Below are positions 16,603 to 26,547 of a DNA stretch of 64,000 nucleotides, piece by piece. Numbering within the stretch: position 1 is the first letter of the stretch; every line of letters begins with the position of its first letter. The notes below the pieces were generated by a model. The model searched no databases. It was not told the DNA's origin and saw only the letters and a list, made by a program, of their open reading frames with translations. Made by a program: the position numbers and the translations under genes. The stretch comes from Bacteroidales bacterium (GTDB lineage: Bacteria > Bacteroidota > Bacteroidia > Bacteroidales > UBA12077), in NCBI GenBank assembly GCA_036351015.1, contig JAZBOG010000007.1:260363-324362 (forward strand), given 5' to 3'.

Positions 16603-17604
16603 TTATAATTTTTCAATCAAATCAACCACACGGCATGAATATCCCCACTCATTATCGTACCATGAAATAACTTTTACGGTTTTTCCCATAACCATTGTGC
16701 TTAACGCATCGAAAATAGAGGAGTGCGGGTTATGAATAATATCAACGGAAACAATCGGGTCTTCTGTATATTCAAGAATTCCTTTCATGGGTCCTTCAGC
16801 AGCTTCTTTCATTGCCTGATTAATCTCCTCGATAGTTACCTCTTTTTTTAGGTTAGCCACCAGGTCGATCATCGACCCTGTTGGTGTTGGTACCCGGATA
16901 GCCATTCCATCGATTTTGCCTTGCAGATCGGGTAATATTTTTCCTACCGCTGTGGCTGCTCCTGTAGTTGTAGGAATTTGAGAAACAGCAGCAGAGCGTG
17001 CTCTTCTTAAATCAGCGTGAGGGGCATCCAGAATCATCTGATCATTTGTATAGGAGTGAACGGTTGTCATAAAGCCATTCTCAAAACCGAAGTTATCCCG
17101 TAAGACTTTTACTACCGGTGCCAGACAATTTGTTGTACATGAAGCATTGGAAACACAGGTGTCTTCCTTACGAAGATCTTCATCATTCACCCCTAAAACA
17201 ATCATGTTATCAATTTTATCTTTGGCAGGAACAGTTAATATCACTTTCTTTGCTCCGTTCTTCAGATGATCCCCATAACCACCTTTATCGCTCTCTTTTT
17301 TTCTAAAGATTCCTGTAGACTCAATAACAACATCCGGGGTTTCTCCCCATGGAATATTTGCCGGATTCTTTTCTGCTGATACTTTTACCTTCGTTCCATT
17401 GACAATGATTGAATCATCGTTATAGGATACTGTACCGTCGAATTTTCCCTGGGTCGAGTCATATTTCAATAAATGAGCCAGAGTCTTTGTATCCGTTAAA
17501 TCGTTTATCCCTACGATTTCAATAGTATCCCTTTCGAGGGCAATTTTATAAACGTTACGTCCAATTCGCCCAAATCCGTTGATTGCTACTTTTATTTTTG
17601 ACAT
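16603..17604 (-). CDS. gap: Type I glyceraldehyde-3-phosphate dehydrogenase
   Basis: INGFGRIGR N-terminus, active site SNASCTTNCLAP and WYDNEWGYS near the C-terminus. Confidence 0.95.
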   Translation of the reverse strand: MSKIKVAINGFGRIGRNVYKIALERDTIEIVGINDLTDTKTLAHLLKYDSTQGKFDGTVSYNDDSIIVNGTKVKVSAEKNPANIPWGETPDVVIESTGIFRKKESDKGGYGDHLKNGAKKVILTVPAKDKIDNMIVLGVNDEDLRKEDTCVSNASCTTNCLAPVVKVLRDNFGFENGFMTTVHSYTNDQMILDAPHADLRRARSAAVSQIPTTTGAATAVGKILPDLQGKIDGMAIRVPTPTGSMIDLVANLKKEVTIEEINQAMKEAAEGPMKGILEYTEDPIVSVDIIHNPHSSIFDALSTMVMGKTVKVISWYDNEWGYSCRVVDLIEKL

Positions 17605-17831
17605 TTTTTTAAGTTTTTTACTGGGTTTATTATTTTAGCTCAAAATTATATATTAATAACTAATTCTTCAAGAAATAATCCGGAATTAATCTAAATAGGG
17701 TACTTAGGGTGTTGTTAATTCGATATTTTTCCCCGTTTAACATGAATAATTATATAGGATAGCTAATGAATAGCCCGTGTTAATGTTTAACAACAATTTT
17801 TTAATTTATTATTTGATTAATAGGAGGTGGT

Positions 17832-18635
17832 TCAAAATATTTTAAATTTCTTCTTTCTTCTTTTATAGAAATCTTCTGACACATCCTGTGCATTTACAAT
17901 TTTGCCAAAACGATAGCTTAAAAACAGCACCAGGAAAAATTGTTGATTATCCTGGGAAGCCATCAATTCCAGGTTTTTTAGGTAGGCCTGAAACATAACC
18001 CCGGTTTCAATTGCATGAATAACATTCTCCTTTTGACTAAATTCAAAATTAAAACCGGTTTTAATGAATGCTCCTGGGATTATCCCTATTTCTTCGATCC
18101 CGGTGAAAAAAGATGCTTTTCCACTTATATTTTCTGAGGTATGAATATCAGGATTGAATTTTTCCTCCTGTTCAATATAAAGAGAATCGTAGGCAGGATA
18201 GAGGATCTTGTAATAAATGGGTTTTTGTAAGGCAACGGAAGGACCAAAAGTATAAAAATATCTTATAGCCACGGAGCCGGGATCTTTTTTAGGAAAAATC
18301 TCATGTTGCTTCCCATAGCCAAGCCGTAAATCAAAAACATGATTAAGTTTACCAAAGATAAAGGATTCGGATGTTAAAAAGGAAGACGTCGACTTAATTT
18401 CTTTAGCATGTTTGATAATTGAAAAATCAACTTCATAGATGTTTTTCTCGTAATAGTTGATTCGACTCCCGTACCTATAGCTTAATCCATAGCCATTGCT
18501 ATTCAGATAGATCCCTGCTGCTTTTTCATTCCGATAAAAGATTTTGGGCATATCTTCGGGAATATCTTGTGCAGGCAGAAACGTCCAAATATGTAAAAAC
18601 AGTAAAAGAAAATAAAATGTATAACGTCTGTCCAT
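17832..18635 (-). CDS. Hypothetical secreted protein, probable outer-membrane beta-barrel
   Basis: Signal peptide (FYFLLLFLHIWTFLPAQD), alternating aromatic/polar beta-strand-like pattern, and a C-terminal Phe (…KKFKIF). Confidence 0.5.
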   Translation of the reverse strand: MDRRYTFYFLLLFLHIWTFLPAQDIPEDMPKIFYRNEKAAGIYLNSNGYGLSYRYGSRINYYEKNIYEVDFSIIKHAKEIKSTSSFLTSESFIFGKLNHVFDLRLGYGKQHEIFPKKDPGSVAIRYFYTFGPSVALQKPIYYKILYPAYDSLYIEQEEKFNPDIHTSENISGKASFFTGIEEIGIIPGAFIKTGFNFEFSQKENVIHAIETGVMFQAYLKNLELMASQDNQQFFLVLFLSYRFGKIVNAQDVSEDFYKRRKKKFKIF

Positions 18636-18726
18636 AAAAAAACTGCCTCAAAATAGTAAAAATAGAAAAATTTGAGACAGGTTAAAAGTAGTAACTTAAA
18701 AATTCACGATGTTTATTTAAGCCCTA

Positions 18727-18852
18727 CTATGCATCAACAGTTGTTTGTTCAATGTTTGTTTGACTATATGCAGGGCAGTCCTGACCTTTACAGGAACTTA
18801 AAACTGCTATTGCAAATAATGCCAATACTACTGCTACAACGATTCTTTTCAT
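18727..18852 (-). CDS. 41-aa mini-lipoprotein, copy 1 (below ORF-track cutoff)
   Basis: MKRIVVAVVLALFAIAVLSSCKGQDCPAYSQTNIEQTTVDA has n-region, h-region and lipobox (LSSC). It shares the CPAYSQ and IEQ motifs with copy 2, using mostly synonymous codons. Confidence 0.7.
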   Translation of the reverse strand: MKRIVVAVVLALFAIAVLSSCKGQDCPAYSQTNIEQTTVDA

Positions 18853-18892
18853 AATGTTAAGGTGTTAATGATTTTAACTTTTTGCGTATATC

Positions 18893-18900
18893 CAAAACTA
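18893..18900 (-). promoter_or_regulatory. Candidate Bacteroidota -7 promoter box TAgtTTTG for mini-lipoprotein copy 1
   Basis: Reverse-strand TAGTTTTG is an exact match to TAnnTTTG, about 40 nt upstream of the ATG at 18852. Confidence 0.35.
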
Positions 18901-18925
18901 TAAAAAAAAAATTAAAAATTAAAAT

Positions 18926-19051
18926 TTAACTATTTTGTTCAATGGATATGTTATTCTGTGAATACGCCGGACATTTTTGGGTTCCTGAACAAGACACACA
19001 TACGGTTGCTATTGCAAAAACAATGACCACAAATAATATTTTTCTTTTCAT
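18926..19051 (-). CDS. 41-aa mini-lipoprotein, copy 2 (below ORF-track cutoff)
   Basis: MKRKILFVVIVFAIATVCVSCSGTQKCPAYSQNNISIEQNS has a signal peptide and lipobox (VSC). It is a paralog of copy 1. Confidence 0.7.
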   Translation of the reverse strand: MKRKILFVVIVFAIATVCVSCSGTQKCPAYSQNNISIEQNS

Positions 19052-19188
19052 AACTGGTAATAATGTTTTAATGATAAAGGTTTATTTAAATTTTCTGAAT
19101 GTATTTATAGCTTACTATACGCTTAATATGCAGCAAGGTTCTTGAATTAAAAGTACTTTTGTCAATGAAAATGGTGTGTTTGTCAAAT

Positions 19189-19221
19189 TAAAAAACCGGG
19201 TGGTCAAAGCCCGGTTTTTTA
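19189..19221. terminator. Bidirectional terminator downstream of the BNR-repeat gene
   Basis: AAAAAACCGGG ... CCCGGTTTTTT: a 6-bp GC-rich stem flanked by an A-run and a T-run. Confidence 0.7.
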
Positions 19222-19250
19222 TTCTGAATGAGGGGTACAATAACGTTATT

Positions 19251-22200
19251 TTATTCATTTAGTTTTAATATTCTGCCTGGAGTATAGGGAACATCTGCCT
19301 CATTTAATTTATTTTCCAGGGTTTTTATCTCAACATTTTGAATATTTTCCAGTTTTTCAATGAGTACAGGGATTTCTTCCTGAAGTATCTGATAGGCCAT
19401 TTTACTGGTTTTTGTTATGGCTGATGTTGTATTGGATTGACCCCAATATACATACTGCAATCTCCTGGTTAAAGGAACCGGTGCAGGAGGAATTTCTTCC
19501 CTGCTGGCTTTGGGCTGGTTTCCTTCAAAAGTGAAAAGGATATCTTCCAGTTCTTTTTCAATCTCTTCAGCCTCAAATAACAGTTCCTGTGAAACATTGG
19601 GAGACGTTACAATGGCTTGTTTTACATAAGCAATTTTTTTCAGTAATTCTTCATTTAATTCAATAGCACCCTGCATTACACGGCCTAATTCAGCAAAGTT
19701 CCGTTTAAACTGAACCATTGCTTCGCGATCAGGTGCTGGTAGGGTGGTATTGTTCAATGGCTTAACAGTAAACCCCTGTTCGCCCATTAAAGGAATAATC
19801 TCCCCTTTTTTATACATTGCTACTGAAACGGAATATTCGCCGGGCAATACCAACCAGAATCCACGGTCGTTATTAAGGGGATTAAACTTATCATTTTCCA
19901 GGTTGACAGGAAATGTTGAAGCATATTTTAAATCCCAGCTTACCCGGTTCACTCCCCGGGCAGGTTTTTCATTTAATTTTCTTACTACGTTTCCATGCTG
20001 ATCTTTAATGGTGAAGATCAGGTATGGAGCGATCTCCTTTGCTTCATCTTCCAGTTCTTTCCATGTAGGCTGAGGAATCGGTTTCCCTGCTTCAAAAAGC
20101 TCTTTTTCTTTGTTCTGACGGATTTGTTTGTCTGTTTGAGGTAATTCTTTTAAATAATATGTGAATATCGCCCCAAACTCAGGGTTTGGCGCGGTATAGT
20201 AGGTAGACCCCTGGGATGATTTTTTATTGGTCTGTACATATACCAGTGCATCTTTTACAGGAAACAGGTGAGCTTCTTTGTCAACAAGAGTGGGATTGAT
20301 TTCTCTTAGTGGTGAATAATCGTCAAGAATATAAAACCCTCTCCCAAAGGTTGCAAGCACCAGGTCGTTTTCTCTTTCCTGGATGACCATATCTCTTACC
20401 GCAATGGTTGGCAGTCCGGCTTTCAGCTGTATCCACTTATCACCACCATTGTAGGAGAAGAATGCCCCGAATTCAGTACCTGCAAACAGTAAGTTTTTAT
20501 TGACATGGTCCTGCTCCAGGGTGTGTATGGTTCCATTTTCAGGAAATCCATTGTTAACGGGTTTCCATGTTTTTCCTTTGTCGATACTCTTTAGCAGGTA
20601 GGGTTTAAAATCATCTCTTTTCCGGTTATCAAAGGAAGCATATACTACATTTTCATCGAACCTGGAAGCATATATATCGCTTACATAGGTGTGTGCCGGA
20701 ACATCAGGGAAGGAGGTGATTTTTCTCCAGTTTTCACCACCGTCTTCGGTTACAGAGATTACCCCGTCATCTGTTCCGGTGTATATTAATCCTTCTTTTA
20801 CCGGGGATTCATCGAGGGATACTACCATACCATAGAGGGAGGTAGAAACATCTTTAGCCACTGCATCGGCACTCCAGTACTTACCCATTACCGGCCAGGT
20901 ATTTCGGTCAATATTGGCTGTCAGATCTTCACTGATAACTTCCCAGGTGTCTCCCCGGTCATCGCTTTTAAACAGTACATTGGCAGCCATATACAACCGG
21001 GTATTTTTATGGGGACTGATAATTACCGGGGTATTCCAGTTCCATTTGTAGGTAAATTCTCCCCTGGCCGGTTGTGGTTTTATATATACACTTTCACCAC
21101 TTTTTTTGTCATACCGGTAGAGATTACCATATTGATATTCATTGTATACGATATCAGGATTTTCAGGATCAATATTTGACCAGAAACCATCTCCCCCGAT
21201 AGTAACCGTCCATTCACCCTTGGCTACACCATCTCTGCTGGTGTTGCGGGATGGACCAACAGAGCTGTTATTGTCCTGGGTTCCTCCGGTTACATTATAA
21301 AAGGGATATTCATTATCCACCCCAACTCTGTAAAATTGAGTAATGGGCAAATTGGATACATGACGGTAATGTTTTCCATCGTCGTAGGTAATATATACCC
21401 CGCCATCACCACCAATTATCCAGTGTTTGGTGTCGTCGGGATCTATCCAAAGGGCATGATCGTCCACATGGCGTTCGTTTAAACTAAGTCGGCTCCATGA
21501 CTTACCACCATCGGTGGTAACATGTGAAAAAGTTTCTACCGAATATACTTTATTTACATCTACCGGATCACAGTAGATCTCGTTATAATATTGACCACTG
21601 GAATGATGATCACTCATTCGTTGCCAGGTTTCCCCGCGGTCTGTAGAACGGTAAAATCCACTTTGCTCTTCGGCAGCTTCAACAATCAGGTAGAGGTAAT
21701 CAGGATTTACTGGTGAAATAGCAATCCCCATTCCTCCCTTATGCACTCCGGGAAGGCCTTTTTCAATCTTTCTCCAGTTTTTTCCGCCATCGGTTGATTT
21801 GTATACGGCAGACTCAGGCCCTCCTCCAATTTTAGTGTGGACATGCCGTCGCCTTTGTTCTGAAGTGGCATAAATAACCTCTGGGTCTCTGGGATCCAGG
21901 AGGACATTATTTATACCTGTGTTTTCGCTTATATCTAATACTTTGTTCCATGTTTTTCCGCCATCGGTTGTTTTATATAAGCCGCGTTCTCCACCGGGTC
22001 CCCAGGCCGAACCTTCGGCTGCAACATAAACAATATCCGGATTACAAGGATTAATGGCTATCATCCCGATGTGTCGGGATTCTTTTAACCCCATGTTGGT
22101 CCATGATTTACCGCCGTCAACCGATTTGTAAACCCCATCACCATAGCCTAAAGCCCTCTGGTGGTTGTTTTCACCGGTTCCTGCCCAGATTACATTGGGG

Positions 22201-22556
22201 TTTTTAGGATCCATCGCTAAACAACCTATAGCATAGCTGCCGTAGTTGTCGAAGATAGGTTCAAAGGTAATTCCCTTATTTTCCGTTTTCCATATATTCC
22301 CCGAGGAAACCGCAACATAGAACTCAGAGTGATTGTTTGGATTTACCGCAAAGTCGGAGATCCGACCCGAGAAAAATGCAGGTCCTATCCCCCTGAATTT
22401 TAATCCGCTTAAAATTTCCGAATGAACCGGATCTTTTTCTTCTTCGGATTTATCTTTCTTTGCTGAGATCTCCATAGAAGTAAATAAAAAAATACTGGCA
22501 AATACGAAGGTTAATATGTTTTGCCATTTCAACATCTTGGTTTTTTCAAGTCGCAT
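19251..22556 (-). CDS. Sortilin/VPS10-like BNR (Asp-box) repeat protein, secreted
   Basis: At least 8 Asp-box motifs of the form S/TxDxGxxW (SVDGGKSWT, TTDGGKTWN, STDGGKNWR, STDRGETWQ, TTDGGKSWS, SDDRGDTWE, TEDGGENWR, SIDKGKTWK). Signal peptide present. 1101 aa. Confidence 0.7.
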   Translation of the reverse strand: MRLEKTKMLKWQNILTFVFASIFLFTSMEISAKKDKSEEEKDPVHSEILSGLKFRGIGPAFFSGRISDFAVNPNNHSEFYVAVSSGNIWKTENKGITFEPIFDNYGSYAIGCLAMDPKNPNVIWAGTGENNHQRALGYGDGVYKSVDGGKSWTNMGLKESRHIGMIAINPCNPDIVYVAAEGSAWGPGGERGLYKTTDGGKTWNKVLDISENTGINNVLLDPRDPEVIYATSEQRRRHVHTKIGGGPESAVYKSTDGGKNWRKIEKGLPGVHKGGMGIAISPVNPDYLYLIVEAAEEQSGFYRSTDRGETWQRMSDHHSSGQYYNEIYCDPVDVNKVYSVETFSHVTTDGGKSWSRLSLNERHVDDHALWIDPDDTKHWIIGGDGGVYITYDDGKHYRHVSNLPITQFYRVGVDNEYPFYNVTGGTQDNNSSVGPSRNTSRDGVAKGEWTVTIGGDGFWSNIDPENPDIVYNEYQYGNLYRYDKKSGESVYIKPQPARGEFTYKWNWNTPVIISPHKNTRLYMAANVLFKSDDRGDTWEVISEDLTANIDRNTWPVMGKYWSADAVAKDVSTSLYGMVVSLDESPVKEGLIYTGTDDGVISVTEDGGENWRKITSFPDVPAHTYVSDIYASRFDENVVYASFDNRKRDDFKPYLLKSIDKGKTWKPVNNGFPENGTIHTLEQDHVNKNLLFAGTEFGAFFSYNGGDKWIQLKAGLPTIAVRDMVIQERENDLVLATFGRGFYILDDYSPLREINPTLVDKEAHLFPVKDALVYVQTNKKSSQGSTYYTAPNPEFGAIFTYYLKELPQTDKQIRQNKEKELFEAGKPIPQPTWKELEDEAKEIAPYLIFTIKDQHGNVVRKLNEKPARGVNRVSWDLKYASTFPVNLENDKFNPLNNDRGFWLVLPGEYSVSVAMYKKGEIIPLMGEQGFTVKPLNNTTLPAPDREAMVQFKRNFAELGRVMQGAIELNEELLKKIAYVKQAIVTSPNVSQELLFEAEEIEKELEDILFTFEGNQPKASREEIPPAPVPLTRRLQYVYWGQSNTTSAITKTSKMAYQILQEEIPVLIEKLENIQNVEIKTLENKLNEADVPYTPGRILKLNE

Positions 22557-22730
22557 ACGATTGATTTTTAGTTAAATTTTAGGGTTATCTTTTTTTTGAC
22601 GTTAAAAAGAAGGAATCGTTTAATGATTATTCATTGATCTAAGTTAGAGATTTTATTGGGTAAAGAAAATGGATAGGAGAAAATAAATGTTTAATTTTAA
22701 CCTTTTTTAAAATTCAAAATATAGAACACC

Positions 22731-23489
22731 ATGAATAAAATAGCTTTAATAACAGGAGCAACCTCGGGAATTGGAAGGGCAACTGCCAGGAAACTTGCAC
22801 AGCAAAATTATGATGTGATCATTACCGGAAGAAGAAAAGAATTGTTAGAAGACTTGAAGAAAGAAATTGAAACTCAACCCTCAGGAAGGATCTATATCCT
22901 GAATTTTGATGTGCGAGATAAGGAGGCAGTAAATCAAGCAATTGATAGTCTGCCAGAAGACTGGCAGGATATCGAAGTGTTGGTTAATAATGCCGGATTG
23001 GCAGTGGGATTAAATCCAATCCACGAAGGAGAGATTGATGACTGGGAACGGATGATTGATACGAATATTAAAGGGTTGTTGTATATGACCCGGAAAATCT
23101 CCCCACGAATGATTGAGAAAAAAAAGGGTCATATTATTAATATTGGTTCCACGGCAGGAAGAGAAGTTTACGAAAACGGAAATGTTTATTGTTCAACCAA
23201 GCATGCTGTAGTTGCCTTATCACAGGCTATGCGGATTGATATGTTAAACCACCAGGTAAAGGTAACAGCCATTAACCCCGGGATGGTAGAAACAGAGTTT
23301 TCTGTGGTCCGTTTTAAGGGAGATGAGCAAAAAGCCGGGAAGGTATACCAGGGATTTACACCCCTTTATGGTGAAGACGTGGCGGATGCCATTTATTATG
23401 TTTTATCACGACCCGCGCATGTATGTATTAATGATATGATTCTTACGGCAACTGCCCAGGCTAATTCCTATTATAAAGTTACAGAATAA
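22731..23489 (+). CDS. SDR family NAD(P)-dependent oxidoreductase (YdfG-like)
   Basis: TGATSGIG cofactor motif, NNAG, and the YCSTK catalytic motif (YxxxK). Confidence 0.85.
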   Translation: MNKIALITGATSGIGRATARKLAQQNYDVIITGRRKELLEDLKKEIETQPSGRIYILNFDVRDKEAVNQAIDSLPEDWQDIEVLVNNAGLAVGLNPIHEGEIDDWERMIDTNIKGLLYMTRKISPRMIEKKKGHIINIGSTAGREVYENGNVYCSTKHAVVALSQAMRIDMLNHQVKVTAINPGMVETEFSVVRFKGDEQKAGKVYQGFTPLYGEDVADAIYYVLSRPAHVCINDMILTATAQANSYYKVTE

Positions 23490-23587
23490 GTTACATCAGG
23501 CATTCCTGCCTGATGATTACATCTTTTAAATCGTTGGTGATTGTTTGACCTTTGAAATCTCCGAACGGACAGGAATGTCCGTTTTAC

Positions 23588-25342
23588 TTAAAAACGGCTA
23601 ACATAACCAAAATGAATTTTTGCAGACCTGATTTCCAGGGGATTATCGAATTGTTTTCCCAGGGCATAACTGATGGTAAAGATTCCTGCCCGGGTCTCAA
23701 AATCTGCTCCTATACCTACACCCCAGGGAAAATCTTCGGTAACTTCCCGGATAACATTTTTATAGTAGTACGCCCCGTTCCAGAACAGGTAAAATGCAGA
23801 GTTTTGTTCAAAAAGGTAACGAAGTTCGATGTTCTGGATAGAATAAATGGAAGCACTCAACATGTTCTCGTCAAACCCGCGTAACGAACGGGTACCTCCA
23901 AACCGGTACAATTCGTTTTCAAAGAATAGTGCCTCCTGATCGCCACCGGAAAGCTGATCAAGGTAACGGGTAGTATTTGAAAAATGGAAAATAAATTGCT
24001 GATAAACAGGGTGGTAGATGTCGAAGTCCAGGCCGGCATCTAGTTCTATCCATTGGTTCTCCGGGTTAGTCTGCAGGCTGTCGGCGATGTTTTGGAGGTT
24101 ATTTATGTTCTTAAATCCGGCTCCTCCAAAAATGTTTAGGGATACCCCTTTCCGTGGGTTGAATGGGTAATCCAGGTGCATCCACCGGAACGATAACCCG
24201 AATAGGTTGGATTGAATATCGGCCAGGTTAGGATTAATCCCCGGCTGACTATTCCCTATGCGTGAAGAATTCTTATAACGGTAATACCCACGGAGAGATT
24301 TCTCTCCATCGAGAAAAAGTTGTAGTCCTATCCCGGTGTGTAAGGAGAGGTAAAGAGTGTCTTTCTTGTAAAGTTCAAAATCAGCATCTACTCCCAGGTT
24401 GGTGTTAAAAAGATAGGGATAACCCAGGCCAAGGTTTAATTTTTGTGTAGAGGATTCCAACTTTTCCCACTGCAGCGACAACTCCTCACCCCGGCCAAAC
24501 GAGTTGACCAGGTTCAGGTTTAAATCACCCGTGATCAGGAGCTTGCCTGTTGTTTCGTTTTCAGGATAGAAGCCAATGATCCCATGAAAGGTATTGGCTG
24601 GTTGTTTTTTCAGGTAAAGGTATAAGTCCGCAGATTTTTCTTTAAACTCAACCTCGGTGGGTTTGATGACTGACAGAAAGGATAAATTTCTGATCTGCCT
24701 GTCGATGGCATGTATTCTTTTTTGATTAAATGCATCTCCCGGTTGTATTTGGATGGAACGATACACATAGGAGGGTGATATTTTGGCTTCACCCTTGATC
24801 AGAATACTGTCGATGAAATAATAATCATTCTTAAAAGTGTTTATATGAAGATGAATGATTGAATCTTCAAAATGTACCGGTTCAAAATTGACCGAAGCAA
24901 AAGGGTATCCCGAATTTTCAAAGGCTGTTAGAATATTCTCCTTGAGCTCCATGAGTTTGGCCAACGGAAATATTCCTTCCTGTTTAAGGGGTTTAGAATC
25001 AGTAAATTGTTCCCTGATCTTTTGATCCAGGCTGTTATAATCGACCTTGCCCAGGTAGTAAGGTTTTCCCGGGTAAAGATTCACCTTTAGTGTGTCTGCG
25101 GAAAAGTAGAAGGTATCAATACTTGCTGCCAGGTACCCTCGAGCAAGAAGATCATGATGTAACTGGGTTATTTTTCCGAGGAGGGATATACTGTCTCCCG
25201 GGATTAAATGATAGTTTTTTTGGATAGATTCAGGCAGCTCCTGTTCATGTTGAAGATACATGAAGTATTCCTGCTCCTGTCCGCTGGTGAGCGAGGGAGT
25301 AAGGAATAAAGCCAGGCCTAGTATAAAAACAGCGTTTCGCAA
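23588..25342 (-). CDS. BamA/TamA (Omp85) family outer membrane protein
   Basis: Signal peptide, a POTRA-like N-terminal region, a beta-barrel-like C-terminal half and a terminal Phe (…GYVSRF). The start codon is TTG; no in-frame ATG preserves the signal peptide. Confidence 0.6.
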   Translation of the reverse strand: MRNAVFILGLALFLTPSLTSGQEQEYFMYLQHEQELPESIQKNYHLIPGDSISLLGKITQLHHDLLARGYLAASIDTFYFSADTLKVNLYPGKPYYLGKVDYNSLDQKIREQFTDSKPLKQEGIFPLAKLMELKENILTAFENSGYPFASVNFEPVHFEDSIIHLHINTFKNDYYFIDSILIKGEAKISPSYVYRSIQIQPGDAFNQKRIHAIDRQIRNLSFLSVIKPTEVEFKEKSADLYLYLKKQPANTFHGIIGFYPENETTGKLLITGDLNLNLVNSFGRGEELSLQWEKLESSTQKLNLGLGYPYLFNTNLGVDADFELYKKDTLYLSLHTGIGLQLFLDGEKSLRGYYRYKNSSRIGNSQPGINPNLADIQSNLFGLSFRWMHLDYPFNPRKGVSLNIFGGAGFKNINNLQNIADSLQTNPENQWIELDAGLDFDIYHPVYQQFIFHFSNTTRYLDQLSGGDQEALFFENELYRFGGTRSLRGFDENMLSASIYSIQNIELRYLFEQNSAFYLFWNGAYYYKNVIREVTEDFPWGVGIGADFETRAGIFTISYALGKQFDNPLEIRSAKIHFGYVSRF

Positions 25343-25455
25343 TTTGTTTTTTTAACAAATATATACAGATAACTCTTTTTATGATGAATTATTTTGGAAA
25401 GGAATAAGAGTTATTGAATACCAGTATTTTTTTCAATTCCTGATATAATAAGACA

Positions 25456-25483
25456 CCCTTCGTCAGGCAAGGGTGACGAAGGG
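25456..25483 (-). terminator. Hairpin downstream of the nitroreductase gene (probable terminator)
   Basis: Perfect 10-bp stem CCCTTCGTCA / TGACGAAGGG. The U-run on the minus strand is weak. Confidence 0.5.
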
Positions 25484-25504
25484 TAATCTTTTAAAATTAA
25501 TTGA

Positions 25505-26251
25505 TTATTGATTCATAAAGCCCTGCTTTTCCAGAACTTTTAAAAACACTTTGGAAAAGTGTAAGTTGTCGGCTTTCTTATAGCGGTTGTCTGTAAATAT
25601 TTGCGCAAGGGTTTCTTTCTGGTTTTCTTTCAGCAACGACTGGGTTAATTCCGAGGCTTCCTTCTCGGCAAAGATCCGGTCAATGTCCTGAGTTGAGTAG
25701 TCTTTGTAGGTTTCGTAATGAACCACGCCTTCCAGGGGCAGACGGTCGGTTAGTCCGGGCTCTTCGTCGGGATATCCGACCACCACGGTAGTAATCGGTA
25801 GAACTCCTTTCGGGAGTTCGAGGATATCAATAATTTTATCGGCATTGTAGGTGGTTGTTCCCAGATAACAGATGCCCATTCCTTTTTCTTCAGCAGCAAT
25901 ACAGCAGTTTTGGGCTGCCAGCATGGCGTCGATCACGGCATTGGTAAACCACAGGAAGTTATCGTATCCCGGTTCGGCGTTCCGTTGGTTGCACCATTTG
26001 TTAAAGCGGTTAATGTCCGCACAAAAAGTTAATAGAACCGGGGCCTGGGTAGCCATGGGCTGGTTGAAGTGGGTGGGCGCCAGTTTCTTTTTCATCTCCT
26101 CATCGCGGGTAACCACGATAGAGTATACCTGCATATTTCCTGTATTTGAAGCACGGGTTCCTGCTTCGAGGATTTCGTGGAGATCCTTGTCCGAAACCGG
26201 TGTGCTCTTGTATTTACGTATCGATTTGTGATTAAAGATGGTGTCTAACAT
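25505..26251 (-). CDS. Nitroreductase family NADPH-dependent oxidoreductase (NfsA-like)
   Basis: The HKSIRKY N-terminal motif, about 248 aa, and a nitroreductase fold pattern. Confidence 0.8.
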   Translation of the reverse strand: MLDTIFNHKSIRKYKSTPVSDKDLHEILEAGTRASNTGNMQVYSIVVTRDEEMKKKLAPTHFNQPMATQAPVLLTFCADINRFNKWCNQRNAEPGYDNFLWFTNAVIDAMLAAQNCCIAAEEKGMGICYLGTTTYNADKIIDILELPKGVLPITTVVVGYPDEEPGLTDRLPLEGVVHYETYKDYSTQDIDRIFAEKEASELTQSLLKENQKETLAQIFTDNRYKKADNLHFSKVFLKVLEKQGFMNQ

Positions 26252-26547
26252 AACTCTTTGCTAATTTTAAATGGTTAATCCCTGCAAACTTACAAAAAAA
26301 TGTACGAACCCACCGGTGATAATTATCAGGTTTCACGAACCAGATTTTTTTTCTGTTAAAATGGAATAAATAGTAAAATAGTCTGGATTTTAGTCAGATG
26401 AAAAAACCATTTATAAAAAGGTGGATTTATTCTTGAGAATCTGAAAAAATAATAATAACTTAACAGCCCTTTTCCCTTTTAATATTAAAGGGTGAATTAT
26501 TTTTACCATTTAAATTAAACTCAAATACAAACTAAAAACTTTTAACT

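Noticed and set aside
18672-19145. Track ORFs 18672-18854 (+) and 18942-19145 (+) in the apparently empty region.
   Set aside because: They have no recognisable features and are exactly antisense to the two minus-strand mini-lipoprotein ORFs. The minus-strand ORFs have canonical signal peptides and paralog conservation with synonymous codon changes. The plus-strand ORFs are most likely shadow frames.
23552-23884. 110-aa plus-strand ORF overlapping the 3' end of the Omp85-family gene.
   Set aside because: It is antisense to a long coherent outer-membrane-protein frame, has no motifs, and starts in the short intergenic region with no promoter-like box.
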